A stretch of DNA of 64,000 bases from Octopus sinensis (GCF_006345805.1 NC_043001.1:90954001-91018000); one strand, 5' to 3'; shown: positions 40,880 through 54,234, counted from the stretch's first letter. Numbers and translations are program-made. Notes: generated by a model from the sequence alone, not told the origin.

Positions 40880-42500
40880 CCGTCATGTCGGGCAACGTGA
40901 AAGTCACCAGCTATGTGATAAGATCATTTAGTGGTGAAGAGACGTGGTCATATGAGTGAAGAAGGTTAGGTTCGTTGCAAAACTGAAGTGAATTAGCGAG
41001 TTGGCAACTTTCATGCCGTTATATACAGAGGTCTGGCGTTGATGCTGTATCTTGAATTGAGCGAAGGATCCCTGCTACATGCAGAAAAAAATAGAAGTCA
41101 GAATGAGGAAGTTTTTACGAAGGAAGTGGTTGAGGTTTACAGCAGACTAGGGAGAGCAACAATACTGGGGACCAAGTGGGTGTGTTCGCCAACGAAATCA
41201 GATGAATATACTGGCGTTAATGACTGGTTTCTCTAAGCACTTTTCAAAAGTGCTACAGCAGTTGCCAGACATCGAGACCATGATGACTATAGAGGATTTA
41301 GGGGTCATAACCAGAGTGCTAGCACCAAACAGCGCATACGGTGTTGCGACAATAGCTACAGTGTGGCAGAGTTTAATGATACAGCAAGCTGAAAGCATCA
41401 TGGCGTCGGAAGAAGATAGAAAGCAATTGAGACCGTTCAAGGATCAGTGCTTCAGATGTTATGGGCTGCACATAGTGAGAGAGTGCAAGGATCCTGAACC
41501 AGAATTGGTCTGTTAACGGTATGATCAGGATGATCATAAAGCGATTCAGTGCAATTAAGGAAAAGAAAGAAGGGCGATTACTGCACCAAGTAGAGGTGCC
41601 CTTTCATTTGCTGCCCGTAGTGGAAGTTCCGGAGGGGGAAAACAGGATGAAAACCCTATTAGATAGAGTCTGCACAGCCATCCTAATGTCTTCAAGGCTG
41701 ATGGAAAGCTGAGGTGGGGCGGGCAGTATAAGAGAAATTGTTCATTATAAGAGTATCGAAGCGTGGGAGTTCATTATAAGAGTATCGAAGAATGGGAGTT
41801 CATTATAAGAGTATCGAAGCATAGAATCGACCGTACACAGAATGCAGTCTAAGTGATCGCGATAGACGACATTGTTCAAGGAATTGATGTTGCGATGGGG
41901 ATGAATGTAATCTTTAGACTGGAAGGCATTCCGCTCAGTGATGGAAGGATAGCGTTTGGAGTGCACCTGGTGCCATAAATATGCATCAGAAGAGCCAGAA
42001 CTACAGCATTGTCAAAATAAACCAGAATGGTGAATGTTCCTTGTTAAGATTGAGGGCTAAGATTTCAATGCAGTGTTGATGGCAAGTGGTGAGGGTTCTT
42101 TAAAAGAAAGGCAAAAGTCGAATTTGAGAGGGGGTGGAGAGGTGGGTTGAAGAAGGTATTTTAATGCCCTTGGGGATCTGGAGAGCAGGGTGCTGCTACC
42201 AATGGCTGTTGTTCAATCAACAAAGAATAAAGTCCGGTCAGAGCAAGATATTTAGGAGCTGAATGACCATATGGTGGACCATACTGGTGGAGAGGCTAAC
42301 GATATAAGTGGAAGGACCTTGAAAGAGTGGAGACAAACGATAGGGCTGCTACGATCGTAGATTTAAAGTCAACCCATCTACAGTTTAATGAGACCAGAAA
42401 TTTATGGAAATACTCGCTGGTGAAGTACAGAGTTAAAACGTACTGCTTGACCAGGTTCGAAAGGGGCCACTAACGTCTATATAATACCTTTGTGGACGAG
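40880..42500 (+). mobile_element. Decayed Gypsy-type LTR retrotransposon (gag-protease-RT start) in coding intron 2
   Basis: LYLELSE...EVYSRLGRA, LQQLPDIETM, zinc knuckle CFRCYGLHIVREC plus a degenerate second knuckle, protease-like TLLDRVCT, RT-like KVR...ELND...HTG...IVDLKS..LQ...YCLTRF. Many stops and frameshifts. Confidence 0.75.
41740..41820. repeat. 29-bp tandem repeat (x~3) inside the Gypsy relic
   Basis: gttcattataagagtatcgaag(n)7 starting at 41740, 41769 and 41798. Confidence 0.85.
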
Positions 42501-42550
42501 ACAGTGATGATTTGAAAGTGAGGGAATAAATGCCGCAAGGCTTTTTTGTA

Positions 42551-42583
<33 letters not shown>

Positions 42584-42643
42584 GTGATGGTGATGGTGAT
42601 GGTGATGATGATGATGATGATGATTTACCTGTTTTCATTGCAG

Positions 42644-42718
42644 TATTGTGGAATCCTTACGTTGCTCCTTGCAACTCAAATCACGTTTTTGATTCTGCTA
42701 ATTGTAATGAGATCTAAG
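42644..42718 (+). CDS. Tetraspanin, coding exon 3 (YCGILTLLLATQITFLILLIVMRSK), TM3
   Basis: ttttcattgcag|TAT...AAG|gtaagt, 25 codons, phase 0. Hydrophobic helix with the conserved mid-helix polar Q/E. Confidence 0.93.
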
Positions 42719-44397
42719 GTAAGTAACTTTCCTTCATAATAAATAGTCTCCTTAAGTAATGAAGAGTTGTTTCCTCTGGTCAAACAATAGCATTATTTTC
42801 ATTGCCATTGCAATTTGAAGTGACAATTTACTGAAAGTGGATAGAAATGAAGATAGAGTAACATACTTCACCTAAATGTTTTTGAAAACACTTTTAAAAA
42901 TACGGAAAATAAACGCAACGGAACATTTTATTTAAGTTTAAGCAATTTAAATTACGACCTCTCTTCCATTTCATAAGTCGTTATGTATTTTAATAAACTT
43001 GAAAACACTTTTAATAACACGGAAAGTAAACGCAACGGAACATTTTATTTAAGTTTAAGCAATTTAAATTATAACCACTCTTCCATTTCATAAGTCGTTA
43101 TGTATTTTAATAAACTTTCAAAATGTTAGAGTAAATATATATTACGGTGCAGTATTTATTTTATTTTAATAAAATTATGATATTAATTAAAGGTAAGCTG
43201 TCATCTATCAATCAATACTGATGTTTTAGGCGTCAAATTGAGAAGAAATATTTCAAGTTGTGATGCTCATGCTTTTCTGTAATACATGTAGTTTAATAAC
43301 TCAGATAAAATCCTACTGATTATGAAAATGTGTAAATATAACAAAATCGCAGGATTATACGATGTGTAAGATAGTTCAAAGCTTAGATATTATTTTCCGT
43401 GGATAATAACAAGGATTTGAAATATTTAGTGGATTGAAGGATTGTATTAATGCAAATTTATTCTTAATTAATATAATACATGTATATATAAGCGCAGGCG
43501 TGGCTGTATGGTAAGAAGCTTGCTTCCCAGCGACGTGGTTCCGGGTTCAGTCCCATTGCATAGTACCTTGGGAAAGTCTCATTAACTATAGCTACAGGCC
43601 GACCAAAGCCTTGTGAGCGGATTTAGTCGACGGAAACTGAAAGAAGCCCGTCATGTATATATGTGTGTGGGGGGGCGCACTATTATAAACTGACAAGATG
43701 AGTTAGCTTAACTGTAGGCAGCCGGGTAAGAGCCACTGAGGAGCATTAATCAAATGCGAAATCACTGGTGATCTGGGTGTGCTCAGGGTGCTGTAGGGAG
43801 CTTGCCTCCCTCGTCAGTCATAAGATAAGTGTGTTCTCGTGGCTAAGAGTTGTTTTGCCTCTTATTTCTAGCAATGCTATATATGTGTGTGTGTGTTGTG
43901 TGTGTGTGTGTGAGCGAAATCGGCTCAAGTTGGACTAAATTCCGAGATTTTTGGTACTGAAATATATATTTTGGCATCTAGTTGTTTGGTTTACTGTTTC
44001 TGTAATTTCCATCATCTTCATGCCCTTCAGATATAGTGTTCTAACACTGCCACAAGGCCAAAGATTTGGCTGAGAAAGGTTTTACCAATTTAAGTGAATC
44101 CAGTATTTGTCCCCGACCAAAAAATAAAAAAAGAAACAAAAGAAGTAATGAGCAATGGAATAAGAAATGGTATCAATGTGTTTAAATTTCATCGAGGTCG
44201 ACATTGGTTTTTATCTCTCCCGGTCAATAAAATAAATGCCAACGATGTGCTGAGGTTGACTTAATTGACCATATCCATTCTCAGCTGTGTGTGAGATAGA
44301 AATATTAGAATCACGATCTCGTATAATTTTTGCCTAGAGAATAATCCCTAATTATTATTGATTGATAAATAATTATATTAATATATTTATTTCAAAG

Positions 44398-44505
44398 GTG
44401 GATATAGCGTTAAAAGAGCCTCTAAAAGAGACGTTGAAGTTCAAGTACCAAGGAATTACTGGTAAAGACACAGCCAGCATTTCGTGGAATTATATAATGA
44501 ATTCG
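44398..44505 (+). CDS. Tetraspanin, coding exon 4 (VDIALKEPLKETLKFKYQGITGKDTASISWNYIMNS), large-loop helices
   Basis: tttatttcaaag|GTG...TCG|gtaaat, 36 codons, phase 0. The 'Y......W..I' pattern precedes the CCG exon. Confidence 0.9.
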
Positions 44506-45244
44506 GTAAATCTTTCTTTTGTTTGATTTCTTAACAAATATTTCACATCATATACCGTTACTCTCTTACTTTTATAAGCACATACATCTGAAACAGAACT
44601 CTACTTGGAAACGCAAACATTATTTAGTTTAGTAACGTAAACATCTGAATAGTGATGAACCTTAATATACCTAAGTGTGTTGTATAAACAAGTAAAGCTT
44701 ATAGAAACCTTAAAAACCGTTAAGGTACACTAAGTTCAGTGCTTAGTTTTAAAATATTAATAATGAAACAGTCATATACTTAATGGAGAATAAAGAAATG
44801 CCATTCAATCTCTCTATATATAAAGCTGAGTTGTCTGTGTGTGGCAGGTTTGGTAGCCTTCAACTAACACTATCTCCTCCGAGACCCTGCGGCGCAAGTT
44901 GACCAAAATTGAGAGTATGATAGAAGAAGGCTTGCTCTTCCTTCCGTAGAAGAAATAATTCAAATCGGACCATGTTAACACCAAAAATTATTTACATCAA
45001 AAAGGTGTTTTTTTTCTATGAAAATGCATATTTTTTTAACGATTTTTTGACTGCTGTGTCACCATTTTTCGGTGTATTTCAACCAGAAAAATGTTCACTT
45101 AAAGAGAATAACAAGCTACATAATGCAAAATTTTTACTTTACAAAAATTCCAATTCTAAAGGGTCGCTTACTGTTGCACACGAATACATTGAATCATATT
45201 TTGTATTATTGTAAGCAACTGAATTTTATGAATAATCTTTTCAG

Positions 45245-45454
45245 CTACAATGTTGCGGTGTATACGATTTTAGAGATTTTAACAACAGCACCAGCTGGGA
45301 TCGATTCTATCACGATCCAAAATCTAGAAAGACTTACAAATTGAAAATACCCATCGCTTGTTGTAAACTAAAAGGAGAGTACCCAAACGTTCAGCCACCG
45401 GAAGATGTCTCTTGCGCTTTATACCCCACACGTCAGACATCAAATTATCACCAG
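45245..45454 (+). CDS. Tetraspanin, coding exon 5 (LQCCGVYDFRDF...KIPIACCKL...VSCALYP...NYHQ), variable large-loop region
   Basis: cttttcag|CTA...CAG|gtaaga, 70 codons, phase 0. Carries the CCG signature, PxxCC, a further Cys and N-glycosylation sequons (NNST). Confidence 0.96.
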
Positions 45455-45716
45455 GTAAGAACTTAATTCATTGTTAGCTGCTTAAGGATGACTTTGTTGT
45501 ATGATGCCACAGAATAGAGCCGTTGGAGGATGCTGCACTCAACACACACACACACACGCACACACACACGCGCGCACGCGCGCACACACACACGCGCACG
45601 CACGCACGCACACCACTCATACATAGTGTATATATATATGTATAAATGTATGTGTGCGTTTGTGTGAGAGATAGGGCAGAGAACGAAAAAGAGGGTTGTG
45701 TGTGTATGTGTGTATG

Positions 45717-45806
<90 letters not shown>

Positions 45807-46380
45807 GAGAGAGAAAGAGGGAGAGAATGAACGAATGGTTAGAGCAGTCCTTCTCTAAGTGGGTGTACCGCCAGCGCTGTTTTAAGGCATGGACATACCG
45901 AGCAGTTGCCCTGGAGCCGCACAGGTCAAGAGGCCCAATTCTCATCTATGTATGCTTTAGGGCTCAATGCATTGATTTTCCCGGGGGCCTATAATGCTAT
46001 TAAGACGGGTCTGTATACGACCCACTTTGGGAAATTTTAATACGGGTACTGGGGACAAAGGGAGTTTCGGGGATATAGATGAAACACAAAGAATACCTCT
46101 GTGAATTTGACCGAAGCCACGTGTTAATGGTTGGCCAATTACTAAGGTCAAGTGGTGATGTGTTAAATATTCGCTTCTAGTAGGTTAGGGCTCTATGTAG
46201 TCACCCACATCAGACTAATACTCAGAACTAAACTACTCTGATCTCATATTACGTGTATGTATTGGGATGTTAGATAAATTCGTTCATCCCCATCGTCATA
46301 TGTCTGAAAAAAGGTTCAATTTATTTAAATTTTAGAAGCGATAAACAAAATTTTAGAAACGATAACCAAAAAGCTTAGTA

Positions 46381-46775
46381 GGCGCAGGAGTGGTTGTGTG
46401 GTAAGTAGCTTGCTTACCAACCACATGGTTCCAGGTTCAGTCCCATTGCGTGGCACCTTGGGCAAGTGTCTTCTACTATAGCCTTGGGTCGACCAAAGCC
46501 TTGTGAGTGGATTTGGTAGACAGAAACTGAAAGAAGCCCGTCGTATATATGTATATATATGTGTCTGTGCTTGTCCCCCCCCCCAACATCGCTTGACAAC
46601 CGATGCTGGTGTGTTTACGTCCCCGTAACGTAGCGGTTCGGCAAAAAGAGAGCGATAGAATAAGTACTAGGCTTACAAAGAATAAGTCCTGGGGTCGATT
46701 TGCTCGACTAAAGGCGCTGCTCCAGCATGGTCGCAGTCAAATAACTGAAACAAGTAAAAGAGAAAGAGAAAGAGA
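46381..46775 (+). mobile_element. SINE family A (full length)
   Basis: Aligns end to end with 29648-30065. Confidence 0.88.
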
Positions 46776-47215
46776 AGAATAGTAACAATATGATAAAAGT
46801 AGTTTCCATGTTAATTCAAATAACATTGGAGAGGATCAAAATTTAAAAAAAGAAATTGGATAAAAACGAACGAATTTATCTGACAGATCAGCACATTAAA
46901 ATTTGTATACACAGCGTGGGCGTCGAATTGTTGTAAGGGAGTATTGAAAAAGTATCACTGGAAGAAAAGAGGCGATAATTAAAATCCTTGAGAGGCACCA
47001 GGCTAGAGTGTTGGATAACCGACGAGCAGGCAATCCGTTGGGTTGGTTTCTGTTGTGTCAGCATAATTGTCCACCGATCTGAAAATAAAAACAATTGATC
47101 ACTCTAACTAGCTGCAAGACTGTAAATTTTACAACTGATGAATCACTCAAAAAGAGATAAAAGCGCGAAATAGATAATGATCCAAAATTTTGACTACCCA
47201 CTTTTTCTTAATATA

Positions 47216-47602
47216 GGCGCAGGAGTGGCTGTGTGGTAAGTAGCTTGCTTACCAACCACATGGTTCCGGGTTCAGTCCCACTGCGTGACACCTTGGGCAA
47301 GAGTCTTCTACTATAGCCTCGGGCCGACCAAAGCCTTGTGACGGAAACTGAAAGAAGCCCGTCGTATATATGTATATGTATATATATATGTTTGTGTGTG
47401 CGTGTGTTTGTGTGTCTGTGTTTGTCGCCCCCCCCCCCCAACATTGCTTGACAACCGATGCTGGTGTGTTTACGTCCCCGTAACTTAGCGGTTCGGCAAA
47501 AGTAGACCGATAGAATAAGTACTAGGCTTACAAAGAATAAGTCCTGGGGTCGATTTCCTCGACTAAAGGTGGTGCTCCAGCATGGCTGAAACAAGTAAAA
47601 GA
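47216..47602 (+). mobile_element. SINE family A (near full length)
   Basis: Same head, core and tail. Partial or degenerate copies also at ~10432-10715(-), 12880-13075(-), 15927-15993(-), 38020-38435, 43492-43660, 52511-52747, 56260-56400(-) and 56940-57140. Confidence 0.88.
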
Positions 47603-47696
47603 TTATATAAAAGCTGTGCATGTATGTATGTATGTATGTATGTATGTATGTATGTATGTGCGTGTGCATTTGAGAGCGAGAGGGGGAAAGAGTCAG

Positions 47697-47760
<64 letters not shown>

Positions 47761-48922
47761 TGGGAATAAAAGCTGAAAAGCACAAATTTCACATATAATT
47801 CAGAATTTAAATTTGCTCAACAGCCGTTTCAATAAAATAAAATCATAAACATTTATATAATTACTAATTAACATACATAATTAATTTAAAAGTACAGGAT
47901 TAGTCACTCCTTTAGGAAACTAAAGAAAACTATCTTTTTAGCCGATTGTGTATCTACATGCAAGTTTTACGACCCGGAATTACAGGTGTGTATTGATGCA
48001 TTGAAAGTTAACGAAGAGGCATTAATTATATACTTAAATATCATGGATATATTTTATGATGTTTATACATCAATTCACGACACACACACACACACAAATA
48101 ATATATTAAAAATACGACTATGATCTAATTTAATCAGTTTTAATAACTTTTTTTTCATATCAGTGAGTTATAAAACCTTATAATTCGTTTGGAAAAATGA
48201 GGTTTCCAAATTTATATTCCTTAACATTTTCAAGCTATCGCAGACTAATATTCCGGAAATCGAGTGGTGTTACCTTCTGTACTGCCTCTTTTCAAAGTGA
48301 ACGGTTTTTTTTATGAAGACATTACAACCAGGATATTTTTTATATAGATTTTACAATCAAAATTTGACCATTTTCTTCTTACTGACTATTTCGCGTTCTC
48401 ACTAACTTTATGCTTCTCTCTTTCTTTTTTTCCTGATGAAGCACAAATGTCCGAAAAGTCAAAACACTTTCTGTTTCTATTAAACCGTTAAATTCTTGTC
48501 TTGTTTCTCAAACTTTGTTCCTTCTGCGTTGTCCTTTTTATTATTTATTCTATGTATGTAAATATGTATGCACGTACATATGCACGTATGTATGTGTTAT
48601 GTATGTATGTATGCATGTATGTATGTATGTATGTATGTATGTATGTATGTATGTATGTATGTATGTATGTATGTATGTATGTATGTTTGTATGTATGTAT
48701 GTATGTATGTATCTATCTATCTATCTATATACTATGTAAATTTTTACTTACATCTTATAATATGCAACTATGCAATGTTATAGGTTTGAGTAAATCCAGT
48801 AAAATAATGATATGTTGTTATCTCATTTGAATATTCTAATTATCCTATAAATTCTAAAGGATGTTTAAAAAATGTCGCTCATATCATTGCATATTGATTA
48901 GTTATATTTATGTGTATTTCAG

Positions 48923-49006
48923 GGGTGCTACGACAAGCTTTGGCACACTATCAGCACAGCAGAAATTACCATGATGGCTGTGTTATCACTCGCCGCAATG
49001 TCTCAG
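48923..49006 (+). CDS. Tetraspanin, coding exon 6 (GCYDKLWHTISTAEITMMAVLSLAAMSQ)
   Basis: gtatttcag|GGG...CAG|gtttgt, 28 codons, phase 0. 'GC' motif before TM4 and the TM4 polar Gln. Confidence 0.94.
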
Positions 49007-50162
49007 GTTTGTAAATTCTGTCATCAAATTCCTTATAAAACCCGTCTCCTTTTACAATAAAAACTATTTTATAGTGTAGTGAGGATAAGCTCTTTCGTAA
49101 ACTATTTCCATGACACGGTTTCAAATTCCGTTCGTAGCTATTACACTTTTGCTATAATTTAAGAAAGGATAAATCAACTACGTCAGCAATTACGCCACCC
49201 TCTTTAGTATACGTGGGGAAAAGCCTTTCCTTTTTTAACCAGTTTTTAAAAGAGTATTTAACAGTGATAAATCAGTAAAATTTTCCCCTATAATACGACA
49301 GTTAATAGCTTATATATGGTCTTCATATTGATTAGACGAAGGCTGATGGTAGCCGAACGGTTATTTGTTGGCCTGCCGGTAGACGATTCGAGTCTTGTTA
49401 CAGTACATCTGAAAAATACTTTTAACCCTCAGTAACCATGTCCACATAAGCTGTGCATGACAACGTTGCTATCTTGAGGCATAGACTCTCTTGAGAGATG
49501 CCCTAGAGCCATATAGGTCTAAGGGTCAAATAGGCCTCATAAGTCTACTCTATAAAGCTGTGGTTGTATGCATAAGCGGCTCCTGTGAATTGCTTTGTTC
49601 GAGGGGTCCTATAAGGTTCTGGTACAAACCAATGTTTCATCAGCGTGTTGTCCAATTACTTTCATAGTCATAAATATACTAGTAATTGTGAAATAAAAGC
49701 GTTGCTTATTTCACTCTCAAAGAATTTAGTGGGACAGGAAATTTTACGGAGTTGATCAATGTACATTAACATCTCTTGGATCAAACTGACACTCCTTTTA
49801 AAATGATGTTAAGGGGACGCATTTATTGTCCTAAATAATAAAATAGATGATATTCTATTTTGAATGCGGACTGAATTTTGAAGTTCAACCCAGATTCACC
49901 ACTTATATACAATGAGAATGATAGGAATGTGAATTTAAAAAGCAATGAGAGCTGATTTAGTTTTCTCTGAAGCTGCAGTAACAACATAAATTTGCCATGA
50001 ATTGTGATAAATAAAACTTAACAAAGTCTAGCAACACGAAGCAAAGCCTAGCTATTCTCCATCTGGAGATCTTATTTAGATTCAATCGATTGATAGTATT
50101 TATTATAAGCCAGACACTATAATATTTCATAGTTAAAATAATACTCATGATAGTTATCTATA

Positions 50163-50177
50163 TCTATAAAAGGCAGA

Positions 50178-50220
<43 letters not shown>

Positions 50221-50710
50221 TGAATGTACTTTATGCACGTCCACAAATTAGCACGCATGTCACTTCAATTTTAGGAGCACATTGGTCACGACCATAGCTG
50301 TGATTTTGTCAACTTATTTTTCCCGAGGCACCCTCAGATAGCGGTAAAAATCGATTTTCACCATAACTTTTACCAATTTTCACGTCAGTGAAATCTGTAA
50401 GTTTGCTAACATGAGTTAAGTCCCCTCTCTTGCAAATAGATTAATTCATCCTCCTACAATACCTCCGAAAAAAATTAGATTTGGACTAGCTAAGCAATCT
50501 CAGTGTAGGAAAAGAGAAAGAGCTGAAGGGACTTACTATCAGCGGACTCATTTGTAAAATATAACTTTTTGGACTGAAGCCTGGCAATAAGAGCTTGCAG
50601 ATATTCCACTACAAACCATTCGATAATATTGAAGCAGTAACTTTCATAAATCAGAATATGATTCCTGAAGGCACTTGCTGAACCCAGTCAACGACGGGTA
50701 TTTCTGTTAG
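50163..50710 (+). mobile_element. Helitron-like element in the intron between coding exons 6 and 7
   Basis: TCTATAAAAGGCAG start (also seen at ~22381 and, in related form, at 44809). 3' hairpin ccc..gtcaacgacggg followed by TTAG|T. Confidence 0.55.
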
Positions 50711-51157
50711 TTCATAATAAATTTGATAATTTGAATCCGATTTTGATAGGGAAAAAATATAACTCAATTCCTTTAAAATAAATAAATAAAAGCAGGACAC
50801 TACCAACACCTAATATTTAAAACTAGCATTTCGTTGGTTACAACGACAAGTGTTCTAGTTGAACTGATCAACCGAACATCCTGGTAGTTCTTAGGGAGAT
50901 TCAGCATTATACAGAATGTGACAAGATTTGGCCCTTTGGAATACAGGCACAACTCATTTTTGCCAGCTGAGTGAACCTGAGCAACATGAAATAAAGTGTC
51001 TTCCTCAAGGCCGCAACGTGCTGCCGGGAATCGAACTCACAGGCTTACGGTCGTGAGCCGAATAACCTAACCACTACACCACGCACCTTCACACACACAC
51101 ACACACACACCACACACACACACACACACACACTGATAATTTATATCTCTTTTACAG

Positions 51158-51229
51158 ATGATGTTAATCTTTTTCTCACTCTATCTCATTGGGAAGATCA
51201 ACAAACATGAACGATCAGAAGACTCTTAA
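51158..51229 (+). CDS. Tetraspanin, coding exon 7 (MMLIFFSLYLIGKINKHERSEDS*)
   Basis: cttttacag|ATG...TAA G|gtaagc. End of TM4 plus a short cytoplasmic tail; total protein 290 aa. Confidence 0.9.
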   Translation: MMLIFFSLYLIGKINKHERSEDS

Positions 51230-53140
51230 GGTAAGCAACTATCGATCTATATTTATATCGTATATTTTAATAAATATTGTAATATTAATGTTTATAACGC
51301 TTTTAAACCAGTGGTATAGCTTGGGGTGTGCAGGCTGCACGGGTGGCCACTTGGGAAGAGTGTTGTGCAAAGATATAACGAAGGTATGTTTGATTTAAAG
51401 AAGGGGGCGGCCAAATAAATATCATTTTATTTATTTATTTATTTATTTATTCATTTTGAATCTGTACATAAAGAAGAATACATACATAAATTATTTTGGA
51501 TCAGTTATGATTTATTATGAAATTACTGATAAAAATGATAATTACTGATAATTAATGATAGAAACCGGGAATAATATCCTGAACGAAAGTATTTCGGGTT
51601 AGAAATAAGTGTCAAATACCTCAGAATACAGTGAAGGTATATTTTCGTTCAAATAAAATATTTACTAGACATTTCTGAATGAAAATATACGGGATAATAT
51701 GTTAAGAAGTTTAAGAGAAATTACTTGATTAATACAAACACATGCAGTGGAGGAACATGGCCTAGTGGTTAGAGCAGCGGATTCGCAGTCGAGGGATCGC
51801 GGGTTCGAATTTCAGACCGGGCGATGTGTGTGTTTTTATGAGCGAAATACCTAAGCTCTACAACTTTCTCTCACTCTTTCCGCCTTCATCTTGCGGCTCA
51901 CCTACGACGGACTGGCGTCCCGTCCAGGTGGGGAACCTATACGCCAAAGAAACCGGCCCTAATGAGCCAGGCGTGGCTCGGAACAAACAATACACATGCA
52001 TGATTCTTCGCCTGCTATTTTAGCCTTTGAATTCTCCCACTAAAGAAAGAGAGAGCATTGAGCTAAGAAATAAGACTTAATGAATTTTAAATATTACACA
52101 TTGTTGAGTTCGCCTTTGAAATTGGGATTTATTTGTGCTTTTATGAAAATTATTGTTTTTTTTTTTTATTCTTGCTATGGGTTTATAATATTTTTCGTAT
52201 ATTTTGGTGGTTTATTGGCAATGTTTGTACATATTAATTGGTTGACTCCAAATTTAGTTTTCAAAACTTGTGCAATTTTTCTTCTAAGAACTTCAACTTT
52301 AAATGCTTAGCATTTTGTATCATAACTATACACGACAATCATGAATAGCTATGATTCTTTACTTTAGTCGGTAAGACTTGTGATTTGTGTTTAAGAGCTG
52401 CAGTGTATGTGCACACACGTATCCTCTGCGTCTTTCAAGACGGTAACAGCAAAACTTGGTAGAAATCTCACCAGTAATGAAAATAAAACAAAACACACAC
52501 GGGCGTGCATGCGCATATGACTGTGTGGTAAGAAGCTTGCTTCTCAACCACATGGTCCTGGGTTCAGTCCCACTGCGTGGCACATTGGGCGAGTCTCCTC
52601 TACTATAACCTCGGGCCAACCAAAGCCTTGTGAATGGATGGAAACTGAAAGAAGCCCGTCGTATATATGTGTATATATCTACGTGTGTATTTGTATCTTT
52701 GTCCCCCACCACGGCTTGACAACAAGTGTTGATGTGTTTACGTCCCCGCGTCTTGTAACGTTTTCAATAGTTTTGAGAGTCAAAACTATTGAAAACGTTA
52801 CAAGACGCAACGAAAATGTGGAAATTTTACCGGTGAGTGTGTTACATAATAAGTCACAAAAAGAAAATGACTCTCCCCAGACACAATAGATTATTTTGGT
52901 TTGATTATCTTCAAATCTGGCGGACGGGTGAATAAAAAAAAAAATTTTTTATTTACATACGCCTAAATGATAAGCAAGGGAAATAACTCTTGATGTAATT
53001 TTGTTGAAATATAAATTCGTCTGAGAATATATTAAGTTTTATTTTATCCTTGCGTGCGCGCAGGGTATGCGTCGCCCCTCCGATGCCTTTTTTTTTTTAA
53101 ATTATGTAATTTAATCAATATTTTCTTCCATTTTTTGCAG

Positions 53141-53600
53141 CTAAAATGGTCTTGAAAAGACGGAACAGCTCATATGGCAGCTGACAGAAAACACAAAACA
53201 GACAAATTATCATATTAAGAAATGAAAGCGATATTTTTGTTCCATTTGTTATCATTTCTCTTTGCTTTGTATTCCCTTAATCCAGAAAGCCGCTCTGTAT
53301 TTCTTCAAATCATTGGAAATTTGCATATGTGGAATTGTTGTTGTATGACTCATAATCTTTCTTCTGGAAAGGTATTTGTCTTCATTAAATTCTTAAATTA
53401 TGAAAAGACCGATTGCAATGCTCTGTTTTTCCGTATGTAACTCATACAAAGCAACTTTAAACCAAATAATTGTGTAATTGGCTTTAATATAATCATTTGT
53501 TTTTGTTTATTGTAATCATGATCCCACCATGTTATTCTGTCATCGTTATTTTCGATGGATCGCCTCTTGGTAAATAAAGTGTTAATTGTAAAATCATGTC
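53141..53600 (+). other. Probable terminal non-coding (3'-UTR) exon of the tetraspanin gene
   Basis: Strong acceptor ttttcttccattttttgcag| ending at 53140 pairs with the donor at 51231. AT-rich unique-looking sequence with AATAAA at 53573-53578; the 3' end is approximate. Confidence 0.6.
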
Positions 53601-54234
53601 AAGATGTATGTAAGAGACTGACTTCTTATTCGTATATAGCTTTAATTCCAAAGAGGAAAAAAAAAACTTATGAATAATATTCAAATATATTTGATATACC
53701 GTATTTTCTGTCGTACAAGTTGACGTGGTGTAGCACACACATGTAGTGCAAACACTGAAACATCGTCACTATCTTTTCAAATCCTGATATACTTCACATG
53801 GAATTTTTTTGGTCCTCCAAGGTTGACTTGGTGTATAAGTCAATCAACCTACTTTTAGCTGTAAATTTTGCTCCGAAAAATACGACTTGTATGCAGGAAA
53901 ACACTGTATTTAAATTACCATTTCTCGTGATGTCTTCCTGAATCGGCCACAACTTTATTTTACCCAACTCAGCCTAACTACAGTCCAAAAGCAACAAGGC
54001 ATTACAACCAACAATTTAATACAAACGAATTAAGAAAAGAAAGCCAAAAATAATGCTTATAATAGTGATTTCAAACTTAGGCATAAACAATGTATTTTGA
54101 AAGGGAAGTATAACAGATTGAATCAACTCCAATATACCTGACTGGCGTATATTTTTATAGCCTTGCAGGAAGAAAGGCGTTGGGCCTGGCAAGATTTGAA
54201 CGCAAAAATATTGAGGAACATAACTAAATACTTT

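Noticed and set aside
41740-41820. CRISPR-like 29-bp repeats (also the 20-bp repeats at 27504-27647)
   Set aside because: Units are directly tandem without unique spacers, there are no cas genes, and the context is eukaryotic.
42530-42739. Poly-Met ORF
   Set aside because: It is an (ATG)n microsatellite upstream of the exon 3 acceptor; only 42644-42718 is coding.
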